Below are positions 34,180 through 46,514 of a stretch of DNA of 64,000 nt, one piece after another. This DNA comes from Chrysemys picta bellii. Lineage: Eukaryota. The stretch lies in the NCBI RefSeq assembly GCF_011386835.1, contig NC_088796.1:71486001-71550000 (forward strand), read 5' to 3'. The position numbers and the translations under genes are program-made. How positions within the stretch are numbered: position 1 is the first letter of the stretch; every line of letters begins with the position of its first letter. The notes under the pieces are model-generated. The model was not told where the DNA came from, did no database searches, and was given only the letters and a program-made list of their open reading frames with translations.

Positions 34180-34745
34180 AGCTGACCATGACGTAGACAG
34201 GAGAGATTGGATCTCCTGGACCTGTGGAGGGAAGAGGTTGTGTAGGCACATCTCTGAACCAGCTGTACAAACAGCATCTACAAGCAGATTGCTCATAGAA
34301 TCATAGAATATCAGAGTTGGAAGGGACCTCAAGAGGTCATCTAGTCCAACCCCCTGCTCAAAGCAGGACCAATTCCCAGCTAAATCATCCCAGCCAGGGC
34401 TTTGTCAAGCCGGGCCTTAAAAACCTCCAAGGAAGGAGACTCCACCACCTCCCTAGGTAACGCATTCCAGTGTTTCACCACCCTCCTAGTGAAATAGTTT
34501 TTCCTGATATCCAACCTGGACCTCCCCCACTGCAACTTGAGACCATTGCTCCTTGTTCTGTCATCTGCCACCACTGAGAACAGAGAATGAGAATAGAGTT
34601 GCTCAGGGGTTGCAGGAGAAGGGGTATGGCAGGGACCAGCAGCAGCGCCATGTGCAAGCCAAGGAGCTGCAGCAGGCATACCAGAGGACAAAGGAGGCCA
34701 ACAATCAAGCCCGCACTTTTACAAAGAGCTGCATGCCATTTTTGA
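34180..34745 (+). pseudogene. Harbinger Myb/SANT-like (trihelix) DNA-binding gene, N-terminal part, split by CR1
   Basis: ...LDLWREEVV...IYKQIA|[34 protein letters not shown]...ELHAIF, a typical trihelix pattern with indels. Confidence 0.8.
34296..34583 (-). mobile_element. Young 5'-truncated CR1 3' end
   Basis: tagaatcatagaatatcag tail; ORF ...[47 protein letters not shown]; flanked by ttgctca direct repeats. Confidence 0.92.
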
Positions 34746-35512
34746 CAGAGACACCCCACCCCCATACCTGAGACACAGGCCCCTGCCATGGACAGCGAGG
34801 AGGAGGAGGGACAGACAACTAGGGGATCCAGCTGCGCAGTGGGCCAGGACGTGCTTTTAACTCAACTGCAGTCCGGCAAGTTCCACCAGTTAAGCATGGG
34901 TGAGCCTGATGCAGGAGAGGGAATTTCGAGGGAGTAGAGGGTAGATTAATTTTCAGTTACAGGTGTGGCCCCTACAAAATAGCGGGACACATCTTTTGTC
35001 TTTTCATTAAATATACTCACACTAGAAGAGGTAGTGGTCCAATTAAGAGAAGTAGAGTTGCTGTCTGCTTTCCATTGCCCTCTAGAGTTAGGAATCCTCT
35101 GCCCAAGGTGTCTAGGGAGGGCTGCCTTATTTCTTCCTCTGCCATAGGACACTTTCCCACACCACTAACCTCATCAGGCACCATTGCAGTACACAAGCGA
35201 GCAGCATACAGGCCTGGGCAGCCAGCAGTAGGTGGCCTCTCTCTGCCTTTGTTACCCTCAGGAGTGAGATACCAGCTAAAATCACCACAGCCTATGGTTC
35301 AGTGCCTGGACAGTGCTGGGTTTACAATGGCGCCAGTGGCTCCATGGAGTCAGGCCCATGCTCAGAAGGGGCCCTGGCTTGCTCTGCTTGCACTGTGCCG
35401 TGAGCCCCCACCAGACCCCCCCCCAACTCCACCCACCACTTGCTCCTCTTGGTCTACCCACCAGCCGGTTGAGGGCTCCTCTCCACCCCCTAACCCCACC
35501 CTCCAACTTCTT

Positions 35513-37305
35513 GCCAGCAAGTTAAAGAAGTATGGGCTGGATGAATGGACTATTAGGTGGATAGAAAGCTGACTAGATTGTCGGGCTCAACGGCCCCATG
35601 TCTAGTTGGCAGCCGGTATCAAGCGGAGTGCCCCAGGGGTTGGGCCTGGGCCGTGTTCCAGCTAATTTTCCCCACCCATTTGCAGAATTAATTTTGTTAT
35701 GTGCACCAATATAGAGGCGATATGTGAGGTTTGCGGTGCAGGGGTGTGAGGACTCCAGCTGGGGGTGCGGGCTCTGGGGGTGGGGCTGGGGATGAGGGGT
35801 TTGGGGTGCGGGAGGAGGCTCTGGGGCTAAGGCATGGAGAGAGGACCCCACACACACACCTCCCCCAGCTCTCTTGCCCCTCAGCAACACCTGGGCTGTG
35901 AGGGAGAGGTTCCTTTCCCCGCAGCAGCAGCAGCAGCTCTGGGGTTGGGGCTGCAGGATAGGTGCCCCTTCCCTGGCCCTGGCAGGTCCAGGCCGGGGCT
36001 GGATTCAGGCTTGGGGAGGAGTGCTCCAGCTGTGCCTGGGGCCGCGCCGCCCTGGGCACGCCTGGGTTCAGCCTGGGCCGCTCCGGCCGCACGTGGGTCC
36101 ACACCACCCTGGCTGCACCTGGGTCTGGGCTGGGCCAGGCCGCTCTGTTCATGCTTGGGTCTGCACTGCCCTGAGCCGCGCCTGGGTCCGGGCTGGGCCG
36201 GGCCGCTCCTGGCTCCAGGCCATGGGGTTGGGGGAGAGGCACCCCTCTCCCGGCTGGTCCCCAGCTACAGCCGGTCCCCAGGCAGGTTCCCTGAGCACCT
36301 GTGTGGCGCTAAACAGACTGATGCGTGGCCGCGCAGCTTACCGGGAACTTACGTCTTGGGGTCAGTTTTGTTCAACATCTTCATTAATGATCTGGATGAT
36401 GGGGTGGATTGTACCCTCGGCAAGTTTGCGGATGACACTAACCTGGAGGGGGGGGGGGTGAAGTAGATGCGCTGGAGGGTAGGGATAGGGTCCAGAGTGA
36501 CCTAGACAAATTGGAGGATTGGGCCAAAAGAAATCTGATGAGGCTCAACAAGGACAAGGCCAAAGTCCTGCACTTAGGATGGAAAAATCCCATGCACCAC
36601 TCCAGGCTGGGGACCGACTGGTTAAGCAGCAGGTTCTGCAGAACAGGACCTGGGCATTACAGTGGATGAGCAGCTGGCTATGAGTCAAGAAGACTAATGG
36701 CATATTGGGCTGCATTAGTAGGGGCATTGCCAGCAGATTGAGGGATGTGATCATTCCCCTCTATTTGACACTGGTGGCGCCACATCTGGAGTAGTGTGTC
36801 CAGTTTTGGTTACCCCCACCCCCACCATCACTGAAAGGATTTGGACAAATTGAAGAGAGTCCAGCAGAGGGCAATGAAAACGATTAGGGGGCTGGGGCAC
36901 ATGACTTATGAGGAGCTTCTAAGGGATCTGGGGTTATTTAGTCTGCAGAAGAGAAGAGTGGGGGGGGGGGGGAATTTGATATCAGCCTTCAACTACCTGA
37001 AGGGGGTTCCAAAGAGGATGGAGCTAGGCTGTTCTCAGTGGTGGCAGATGACGGAGCAATGGTCTCAAGTTGCAGTGCGGGAGGTCTAGGTTGAATATTA
37101 GGAAAAACTATTTCACTAGGAGGATGGTGAAGCACTGGAATGGGTTACCTAGGGAGGTGGTGGAATCTCAATCCATAGAGGTTTTTAAGGCCTGGCTTGA
37201 CAAAGCCCTGGCTGGGACGATTTAGTTGGGATTGTTCCTGCTTTGAGGAGGGGGTTGGACTAGCTGACCTCCTGAGGTCTCTTCCAACTCTCATCTTCTC
37301 TGATT
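35513..37305 (+). mobile_element. 5'-truncated CR1 (RT domain to 3' end), split by a hAT MITE
   Basis: LLASKLKKYGLDEWTIRWIES, SGVPQG, VLFNIFINDLDDGVDCTLGKFADDT (RT motif), DKLKRVQQRAMK; ends ttctctgattct. Confidence 0.92.
35651..36352. mobile_element. GC-rich hAT-like non-autonomous element inside CR1
   Basis: Interrupts the GVPQG|SVL coding segment; flanks ggcctggg / gtcttggg (6/8); degenerate gttcc..taa ends. Confidence 0.7.
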
Positions 37306-37611
37306 CTCTCTGCTCCCTAGCCAGATCCCCAGTGCACCTCCAGCTCCGGGCAGTCTCTGTTTCCCACCACCTGTGCGACCCCTCCTGTCTCCCTGGAGCT
37401 GAGCTGCCTGGGACTGGTGCAGAAGCTGGCCAATCTCAGCCAGTTGATTGGGGGCAGTGTGGGGGGGGGGAGGCTGGGTCCCTCCAGGCAAGTGGGTCCT
37501 GAGGGAGTCTGGCTGGGGCAGGCTCTGGCCTGGCTGATCATGCCAGTCCTGGGGAGCTGGAGTGATTCTCTGCCCCAGGACCAGCCCTGGCTGCACTAGC
37601 AGCTCAACCTA

Positions 37612-37847
37612 CCCTGTTTCCCCGAAAATAAGACAGTGTCTTATATTAATTTTTGCTCCCAAAGATGCGCTAGGTCTTATTTTCAGGGGATGTCTTATTT
37701 TTCAGAAATGAAAAATGCCTTATTATCGGTGGATGCCTTATTATCGGGGAGGTCTTATTATCGGGGGGATGCCTTATATTACAACGAGAGGCAAAACTGT
37801 AAGTAGGCCTTATTTTCGGAGGATGTCTTATTTTCGGGGAAACAGGG
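37612..37847. mobile_element. Tc1/mariner-class (Tc2/pogo-like) MITE
   Basis: Perfect 24-bp TIR ccctgtttccccgaaaataagaca; TA TSD; internal repeats cttattatcgg x3. Confidence 0.9.
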
Positions 37848-38394
37848 TAGCAGACACAGTCGCCTCCCAGCAGGGCCAATGAGTGTGGCCGGGAGGCAGG
37901 GCATGGGGGAGTGGGCCTCTGGGGAACCTGGGGGCGGGTGCTGGCCTATGAGAGAGCGGGGAAGATCTGTGTGTTGGGGCTCTGGGGAGTGGGGATTCTG
38001 GGCAGTTATGGGGCTGTGGGCAGGGGGACACAGGACAGGGGTGGTGGTGTGCAGGGTGCTGTGCATTTGTGGTAGGGTTGGGGGGGCTCTGGATCCAAGG
38101 GGGCTCTGGCCATAGGAAATCGGGGGGGGGGGGGGGCGGCGGAACATGGCCACTGTGCGTCTTGCCACTGCCGGTTTGTAAATAGTGCCCTCGCACTGGG
38201 CTGGACAGAGTGGGGCTGCCCCTGCCATGCCATGCCATACCCCTGGCCAGCCACTCGCTCTGGGGGCCGGCCCCCCCCTGCACCATGCTCCATTGCCCCC
38301 ATAGGGGCCCACAAAAGGTTAATCTGGCCCTGCCTCTACTAGAATCATGCAACCGATCAATTCCTTCTTTATTTCCTCAACCGCAGGCAGGCCT

Positions 38395-38890
38395 GACTCA
38401 CCGTGGCTAATGCTGGGACTGGTGCCGTGTTCCAGCAGTCCCAAGCAGAAGTGAGAATGGAGTGCTTAAAACTAGAGCGGAGCAAGGAGAGCGAGTTTGG
38501 CATCCTAAGTTTCACTGTCTGTAATGCATATGCTGACACTGGTACCTATGTGATTTTTATCTTCAGCTGCTGCCACCCCAGCCTCCAGGGTTTCCCCCTC
38601 CACCCTGTGGAAGCCCTGAGCCAGATAAGGAGGAGGAAGAAGGGGATGCCGAGTTCAAAGAGATCCTGCAAACCAGTGGTGCATCAGACCATGAGCATGG
38701 GACCTGGAGGGTGCCCACTGCAGACAGCCCAACAAAAGAAAGACCAGAGAGGAGAAAGGCCCAGCAGGAAAATGAGATGATGCACCAGGACATAATGGGG
38801 CTGCTTAGGCAGTTGGTGGTGCTGCAGGTTCAACAATTCCAGGTTCACCTCCCTCTGAAGCCCATTGAGAACTTAATATTGGGCCCTTCC
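38395..38890 (+). pseudogene. Harbinger Myb-like gene, C-terminal part
   Basis: LSQIRRRKK...KERPERRKAQQENEMMHQDIMGLLRQLVVLQVQQFQVHLPLKPIEN; frameshifted acidic/basic coiled segment typical of this partner protein. Confidence 0.6.
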
Positions 38891-39368
38891 TAACTACTCC
38901 CCCCCCCCAATACTCTCTGTGGCATCGGGGTCGCTACACTACCCCTTCCACTCCCCACCAGGGGACATTACACATACTTACAGCTTCACATACACTGACC
39001 CGGGAAGGCCCACAGGTGGTGTAGGTGAAAAATAAAATGAAATAAATTGAGAATAAAACTTACAAAGTTTTTAATGTATTTGTGTTAGAGTTGCATGGGG
39101 TTTTTTTACACTGATTTTGTTACAGAATAAAAATTCTATTATTTGGAACATGAATTCATCTTTATTAGTTCACAGCAGATGCTGCCAGGTACTCAGCAGT
39201 CCTAAAAGAAACCAATTTTCCTTTTACTGCACAGTGTCACACAACCCATAGGACCATTCACAAACAAAATTAATAGGTACATTGACAATGTTATATTCCT
39301 ACATGTACAGCAATCACCACATGATTCCTGCCAGGCCACAAAAGAGCAGGGCCAGGTAGAGCACACTA

Positions 39369-40507
39369 CTATGGTTCACTGTTAAAATGGTCTTTCAAAA
39401 CCTCCCTCAGCTCTATAGCTCTACGTTGAGCCTTGTATCTGGCTGGTCAAATTCAGCAGAAAGGCACTCCACCTCCACCCTGGTGGAAATTTTTCCCCCT
39501 TTGTGTCACAGATATCATGCAGGACATGGCATGCAGCTCTAATCATTGGGATTCAGTGAGAAAAATATCCCAATCTTGTGAGTAGAGATTCATGGCCCTG
39601 CACACTTGTATCACAATGGCCTCTGTGGTGAATTTCCCAACTCCGAATTGATTCCTGACTCACCATAATCTGGCATTGCAAGTTTCCAGAATGTGATCGC
39701 CACTCGCTTCTCCACTGTCAGTGCAGCTCTGGTTTTGGTGTCCCTTGGCTGGAGGAAACTCGATGCACAGATCCAGGAATGTGACCTTGAGCATCCATAA
39801 GTTCTGCAGCCACTGCTTGTCATCCCAAACCTGCATTACAATGCAATCCCACCGATCAATGCTTGGGTCTTGGGCCCAGAAAGGACACTCCACTATCTGA
39901 AGCTGTTCCGAGACTGCCACCAACACCATTGAATTGGTTCCCTCTATAGCTGACAGCAATCTCGCCTCCAAGAACTCATCATGTTCCCCACTCATTGGGT
40001 TCTTCTTGTGGCTCTGCAAATACTCCAGTGGCACAGCGGGGCTAAGGCAGGCTCCCTGTCTGCCCTGGCCCCACTGTCAGAAGCGGCCTACTTATCCATG
40101 CAACCCCTGGGGGGGGCGGGGCTCTGCATGTTGTCTCCACCCGCAGACACCATCCTGGGAGCTCCCGTTGGCCACAGTTCCCGGCCAATAGGAGCTGCGG
40201 AGTTGGCGCTCAGGGCAAGGGCAGTGCACAGAGACCCTCTGCCCTCCCCAGGGGGCGCAGGGACGTGCTGGCTGCTTCTGGGAGCAGTGCAGAGCCAGGG
40301 CAGGTAAGGAGTGTGCCTTAGCCCCACTGTGCCGCCAGACTTTTAGTGGCCTAAAATCTCCCAGTTTGGCTTCAGTAGCCTCTGGGAGATAGAACCCGAT
40401 TCTGGCAGACTCCCAGCGAAACTGGGAGGGTTGGCGGTCCTACTCCAGGGCCATGCGCCCTGTGCTTGCAACGCTCATGAGAATAGTGCACCACTGTGCA
40501 GCTCCAT
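39369..40507 (-). pseudogene. Harbinger DDE transposase (HARBI1-like), internally deleted and interrupted
   Basis: CTILMSVASTGRMALE|YLQSHKKN...FWAQ...WDCIVMQVWDDKQWLQN, RAALTVEKRVAITFWKLA, then a jump to IPM..ACHVLHDICDTKGEKFPPG...LREVLKDHF; most of the catalytic core appears missing. Confidence 0.85.
40029..40442. mobile_element. Truncated GC-rich hAT element inserted in the Harbinger transposase 5' end
   Basis: Right end gggttggcggtccta resembles TGGCAACCCTA; left TIR absent; (TA)CTCCAG duplicated on both sides. Confidence 0.7.
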
Positions 40508-41313
40508 GATTGTGTCAGAGATGGCGGCCAGCGAGGATGTAACTTCAGTTGACATAATTTGTAGACATGGCCTGAGAACTGAGTCCATGTAGAGATCTCA
40601 CAACCAAAGGTTTGCTCCCTCCATTTTCTGATGAAGCTTTTCAACCCAGATTGGAAATGTCATGTAAGCACTGAGCTTGCTGTATACTTAAAGCCTCCTC
40701 AGTGTAAACACAAAATATTCTATATTCCCTTGATGCGCACATCTACCATTGACACGCTTTTATTTCTCCTGATGTTGCACAATATCAGCAAACAAAAATT
40801 ATGTTTAGTGACATTTAAGTTTGCAGCAGGACACATCCCAGCCACCAAAAATACCTTAAATAACTGACAATAAGAAGCTAAGGGGAAAGACTTCTGCATT
40901 CTGTTTCTTCTTCATATTGCCTCCAACACTGTCAATAACACACTCCACGTCCATGTCCAAAAGATACCCAATGTCATCAAACTTGCTGTTTACTGCAAAA
41001 CATTAACAATGACCTTATATGCTTTTTATACCAACAGATCAGCCCATCTGACTGTCACACATTTCACACAGTTGGGAATGTGTGTACATGGTAGAATCTG
41101 TTTATAGTGAAGTCAAACAAGTAAACAGCTAGATTAGATTGCCAAATTTCAAACGCCAGTGTCTGTGAAGTGCACATGCAACGCCCAGATTTGCACACAT
41201 AAGCCTGGCAACTGCATGTGTATATAGATTCATATAGGTATGTAAATAACTTACCTGATACTGAAAAATGCTGAGTACCTACACACTTCTATTGAATGTC
41301 TGTGTGCTTAGCA

Positions 41314-41795
41314 TAGGGTTACCATATTTTAATTTTTAAAAAGGAGGACACTCCATGGGTCCCCGGCCCCGCCCCAACTCCGCTCCTTCCCTGCCCCAAC
41401 TCCGCCCCCAGCCCCGCCCCAACTCTGCCCCCTCCCCTGAACGCTCCGCCCCCTGCTCCTCCCCCTCCCCTGCTTCCCGTCAATCAAATGTTCACGGGAA
41501 GCCTCAAACAGGGAGGCAGCAGGTAAGCTGGGGCGGGGTCTGGCGCAGCTCAGTCCGGCCCCCCTGGCTGAGCGGCTCCCTTTGGCAGCTGGCCGGCCCA
41601 GGCCAAGAGGCTCTGGCCCCGGCATCTCCCGCCCGGCTGGGGCCCCGGCCAAGGGCCCGCACCCCCTGCCGAGCACCGCGCCGGCCCCGCACCGCCAGGC
41701 CCTACCTCCCTATTTTCCCGGACATGTCCGGCTTTTGGGGATTTCCCCCCGGATGGGGATTTGAGGCCCGAAAATCCGGACGTATGGTAACCCTA
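41314..41795. mobile_element. Non-autonomous hAT (Tip100-like) element, 482 bp
   Basis: Perfect TIR TAGGGTTACCATA; perfect 8-bp TSD GCTTAGCA; CpG-rich interior. Confidence 0.93.
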
Positions 41796-43433
41796 GCTTA
41801 GCATGTTGGAACATCAGGCTACTAAATTTGTACCCCTAAACACTGACCTAGGAGCCTATTTTTGAAAGCTTTTGCTGTTAAATTAGTGACTTATTTTCTA
41901 GTGAATAAATAAAAACTAAAGCTGAAGTACTGATCAGCTACAAAATATCCTCTGATTTCATCAGCCCACCGTTGGCCTCCCTTCTCTCACTTTCAGAACC
42001 AATGTATGTTTGTTCAAATGTTTACACTTGGTCTTCTTGCCCCAACTGTTGTGGCCACTAAGGCCTGGTTTCCCTGGAGAGGAAATGTCTCTCAGGGGCT
42101 ATTTTAATTGAGAAGCTATTATCCAGTCTAAATAGCATGTCCATATGCTATTGAATTGAAACTAGGCAGCAAAAAAGATCCAGAGACAAAAAAGAGACAA
42201 AAACCACCACTTTTTCCTGAAAGTGGATTGAGTACAATAAGCAATGCAGAAAGCAGGGTTGTTTAGGACTCCAGTTTATAAAGACAGACAATATCTAAGT
42301 TAACCACCTTGAAAAGAATGTTTATACTATCTGCTCACAAGGTTAGGAGTAGAAAGAACAAATCAGCAGTCCTTCAAGTGAACCTAATGTTTCCTGGATA
42401 TAAATAGTTTGCAGTAGGTCGGAAGAAAAGAAAAAGTGCCAGCAAATTTGATGTACCTTCATATCCATTTTACCCTCTTATCACCAGGCAGATGAAAAGT
42501 GTTTCTAGTTAATCTGTTTGTTTGAGAAAGAAGAAGATATATTTCAGTCGCATGTGGTTGCTGTAGAATTGATTCTCTTAGAATAAATTAGCATAACACT
42601 TACTGAAAAATACAAAACTCATAAAATATTATATTGCAAAATAAAATGTAACCACAACTGTAAAATGCACCTAAGGTGAAAGTTTTTCAAAGCCTTGTCT
42701 CTCACAAGGTTGTGAAGCATTATTTGGGAACCTGGAGAATACAGAATAGTTGGTTACATGCTGTATACTAACTGAAAACCACATTGGCACGAGCATAAAA
42801 AAAGAGCAGCCTGTTATGCGTCCAATACAGAGATGTGGCCTGTGGACTCAGTGTACCTTTGTTCTGCATTCTACACTTGAGTGACCTCTGGCATATGCTG
42901 TTACTCTGTTCCCTAGTGCACAGCTTGGTTCCCCATACTTTATTCTGTGTTGTTTTGTGCTTTGGCAAGAACTTCTCTTCAAGCCTACTACAGGTATGGA
43001 GTATATACAGCTTGCGCCAATCATGACTTCTTTTCAGTGTACAGCACCTTTAAATGGAAAGAAATCCCCCTTCCTACTGGGGAGGCAGCAGCCATTTTGT
43101 GCCCACAAGCAATCTGCTACTGAGTAGGCACATGCTATGTGATCTGACCCTGGGCCCTTACTTTTGTTCTTTCTTGTATGGCTGTAAAACAAAATAAAGG
43201 TCATTCTAATTGAAAGGGCATAGCTGGCTCTTTGTGCATGCACAACATATTACACTGGAAATGAAGCACTTTCAGCTTCGCATTAGGACTACTCATGCTT
43301 CACCCTGAAAAGTGTAGGTTTTTGAGTGAAGCTACTTGATGTAAAATAGAAGGCTTTGGATTAAAAATGGGTATCGATCTAAGAGGAATGCCATGTTATT
43401 TAGTGTTGGTAAACAAATAGCTTCAAGATCTAA

Positions 43434-43637
43434 CAGCTTGTCTACATGGGGAAATTTCACAGAATACCTACATCAGAGTAATTATTCCACTACAGTTATA
43501 CCAGTGTAAATCCTTTGGCAAGTAATTATTTTGGAATAAAATCTCCTATTCTGGAATGGGGTTTATACCGGTATAACTGTAGTGGAATAATTATTCCTGT
43601 ATAGCAATGCTGGGAAATTTCTCCATGCAGACAAGTC
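43434..43637. mobile_element. Harbinger-type palindromic MITE
   Basis: cttgtctacatgg / ccatgcagacaag termini, TAA flanks, internal 23-bp perfect inverted repeat aattattccactacagttatacc. Confidence 0.75.
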
Positions 43638-46514
43638 TAAGAATATGCCCTGTGTGTGACTAGAGAATAAAACCTTCTTTAAGAGCCAGATCCTGCCCTC
43701 TCTTGTGCAACAGCAAAGCAAGAATCCAGTTTGGGGGCCTGTTCAAAAGCTCATTGACTCTAATAAATACACTCCGATTAACTACAATAGGTTTTGGATC
43801 AGGCCCACAAAGCACTAGAGATGACCTGCACGAATGCCCCAAGGAAAAACTGTCCTGATACGCTCTTGATGACAGGATAGGAAATTAGCATTGTTAAATA
43901 AGCTCAAAATGTAGTTAATTTCCCCCTCTGAAAATAGCAAAGGGAGATGATTTAGCCTCATTCTACAAATAGAAAATGCACCAATTTAACTAAATCAGTT
44001 TCTAAATTGATTAAGTTAAATTGGTGTAACCACCATTGTGTGGTCACTAGTAGATTGCAGACTGCCTTTTTTCAATTAAACTTAATTTCTGTAACGAACC
44101 AAATGAAATAGGTATTAGTCACTCTTAAATCAGTACTGCAGTATGCAAAACTTTCTCTACTACATACAGAAATAAAAAAGAAAGAAAATCTTGCCAGGAC
44201 TAAACACTAAAGGAATTCTTTCTTATATGTACTATAGTAAGAACTCTTGGGGTTTAAGATACCAGTGTACACCTCTCAAGTTCATGTTGATCAACAGACT
44301 AGTCAATGTTAAACTGAAACACTAAAACCATGCAGGAATGCCTGCAATAAACTCATTGCAAAGCCTCTGATGACAATGCCCAGTGCCACTGGTTCTCAAA
44401 TGGCACTCCCTTTGGCCATCAAACTGTGTCACAGCCCTTGGCAAGACAGCATATACAACAGGCTCTTCTCAAGAAGGAAAACAGACTCTTGTGAGACCCA
44501 AAGCACCTCCTTAAACTTAATGAACAGTATCTAGCTGAACAAGTGAAAGCTTAAATTAGGCTGCTATAAATATCGACAATCCCAATGTCAATTCTGAGTG
44601 AGATTCAATTAACTCAGATTGGTCAGAAAAAAACCCATATTCTGAAAATCAGATAATAAAGGAATGCTACATGGGGTTTTAAATTAGGCATTTTGTTGGT
44701 AGATCAGTGGTGTCAGAAACAAAGAGTCTTTTCTCTTTGAATGCAACAGCTGCTTATAAGGGCTTCTTGAAGTCATCATGAAACTTGAGCTGCACTGGAG
44801 GCAAGACTCAGAAACAAAATATCCCTAAAGAGCAGCTGTGCCTAGGAGCTCAGCACTGGTGCTAGTGCTATTAAATTTTCAACTCTGCACTCGCACAGTG
44901 AGTGTTCTGATCTCAGACAAAGCTCTGTTGCCTCTACAAGCTCTGTACAAGCCTGAGTAGAATTAGAGGAACTTTTAAACACTCACCTGATTGGAAAGCT
45001 CAGTTTTACTTATTTATTTATTTCTACTTTTCAAGACAAGCCCATCAGACATGCAAATGATGATAATAGCCCTCTAACAGGTGATTGACAAGAGAGGAAC
45101 CTCACTGATGATTAGTGAGACAGCATTTGACATTGCAGTCTCAAGAGTACAGATTAGTTTACAACGCAAATGACCCATCTTTTAGCCAGTGTCTTTCCCT
45201 ACCACAGGCAGTAAGTAGAGGCCACCAGGGCGATTTTCAGTGTGTTGCCTGCCCCTAAGTAACGGGGCAAAAAGTGAAAGCAAAAGCCATTGCCAAGTTC
45301 ATAGCGGGTTTTGTGAGTGTTGCTGCTGCACATTTATTATTAGAGGGGTAACACACACAAAACTTTCATAACAGTTTACAAATTAGTCATTCTCTCATTA
45401 AATATAAAAACAGGAATTTTTTTTTTTAATTCAGAGGCCCTGAAACTGGCCCCTGAACTGGCCTTAACGTACCAGCAGGCAACTTACTTCTCATTTGGTT
45501 TGTCAACTGGGTTGTTTTTCCTTTTGGTTTGGATTTTAATTCTGCAGAACTCCCTGAAAAGATTTCTGTGCGTAGACACACGCAACATGCCCAGGCACCA
45601 GAATGAGCCCAGATGCCAGAAATCGCTGTTGAATTGGACCAATCGTGTTCTATGTGGAAATGTGGTATCAGGATTCCTACCACCCCAAACAGCTGCTTTG
45701 TGTTTTGTCCTTTGCCCTTCTAGGGATGATAAGTCCTACAAAGTGTAAGACAAAGTCAAATGCACATCCAGTAGAGATGTGGAGGCCCTGGGCCCAATTC
45801 TTGAGTCCAAACTGAGCTCAGCTTAGCACAGGAACTGGAAGAGGGGGAGGTATGGTGGCATTACGTGTCTTATAATGATTGCCACGATTGGCGGTCATTC
45901 ATGACTTTTGAGGTAAAAACAGTTGAGGTAGTCAGACACACATGCTCAGCACAGCTATCGCTACCTGCATTTTACAAACTTAGCACTATCATTACTCAAA
46001 ATTGTAGCCTATTATTTTTATATTAGGTTGAAGACCTTGGAAGCCTGGGTTCCCCAGTAGCCTGCCAGGGAGATTGCGGGAAAGCTGGTAGGAAATCCCC
46101 CAGAGCCATGCCTGGTTTCTGTCAGAGCTTTGTCGAAATCAAGCTCACCACAGAGTGTTTTGATTTTGACAAACTGGCAAATTCTTATGAAAAAATATTT
46201 CAGTGGAATTTTTCCAACCAGCTGTACACAAAACATGGTCAAAGCAAAGCCAGTTTTCACCCTAACGTTTAAAGACATTCCTCTACAGTGAAAGTGTATT
46301 TACTGCCAAAATTCAATTTTCTACCCCTAAGTCATTTTGGTGCTGGAGCTGGTCAGAAAGTCTCATTTTTTTCATAGAGGGGGAAGCATACATTTAGCCG
46401 CTCCTCAAAATGCTGCACCATTTTTTGTACATACATGCATATCATCCCAATGCAAAGCCCAAGCCTTGAAAATGAGCATCTAAAAACAGAGGCTTAGACT
46501 GGAAGTTGTTATAG

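Larger units (their letters stand above)
35311..38332. mobile_element. Putative GC-rich non-autonomous hAT element hosting CR1 and MITEs
   Basis: Left cagtgctgggtttac and right gttaatctggccctg are degenerate inverted ends; Harbinger host sequence resumes after 38332; TSD only partly matched. Confidence 0.5.
33457..40572. mobile_element. Degenerate PIF/Harbinger transposon with convergent Myb/SANT and transposase genes plus nested insertions
   Basis: Ends GGCCTGGTCTA... and ...TAGACATGGCC; 3-bp TSD TGA on both sides; Myb-like gene on +, transposase on -. Confidence 0.8.

Noticed and set aside
33963-34277. Several short ORFs near the Harbinger left end
   Set aside because: Off-frame or antisense readings of the degenerate 5' region and Myb gene.
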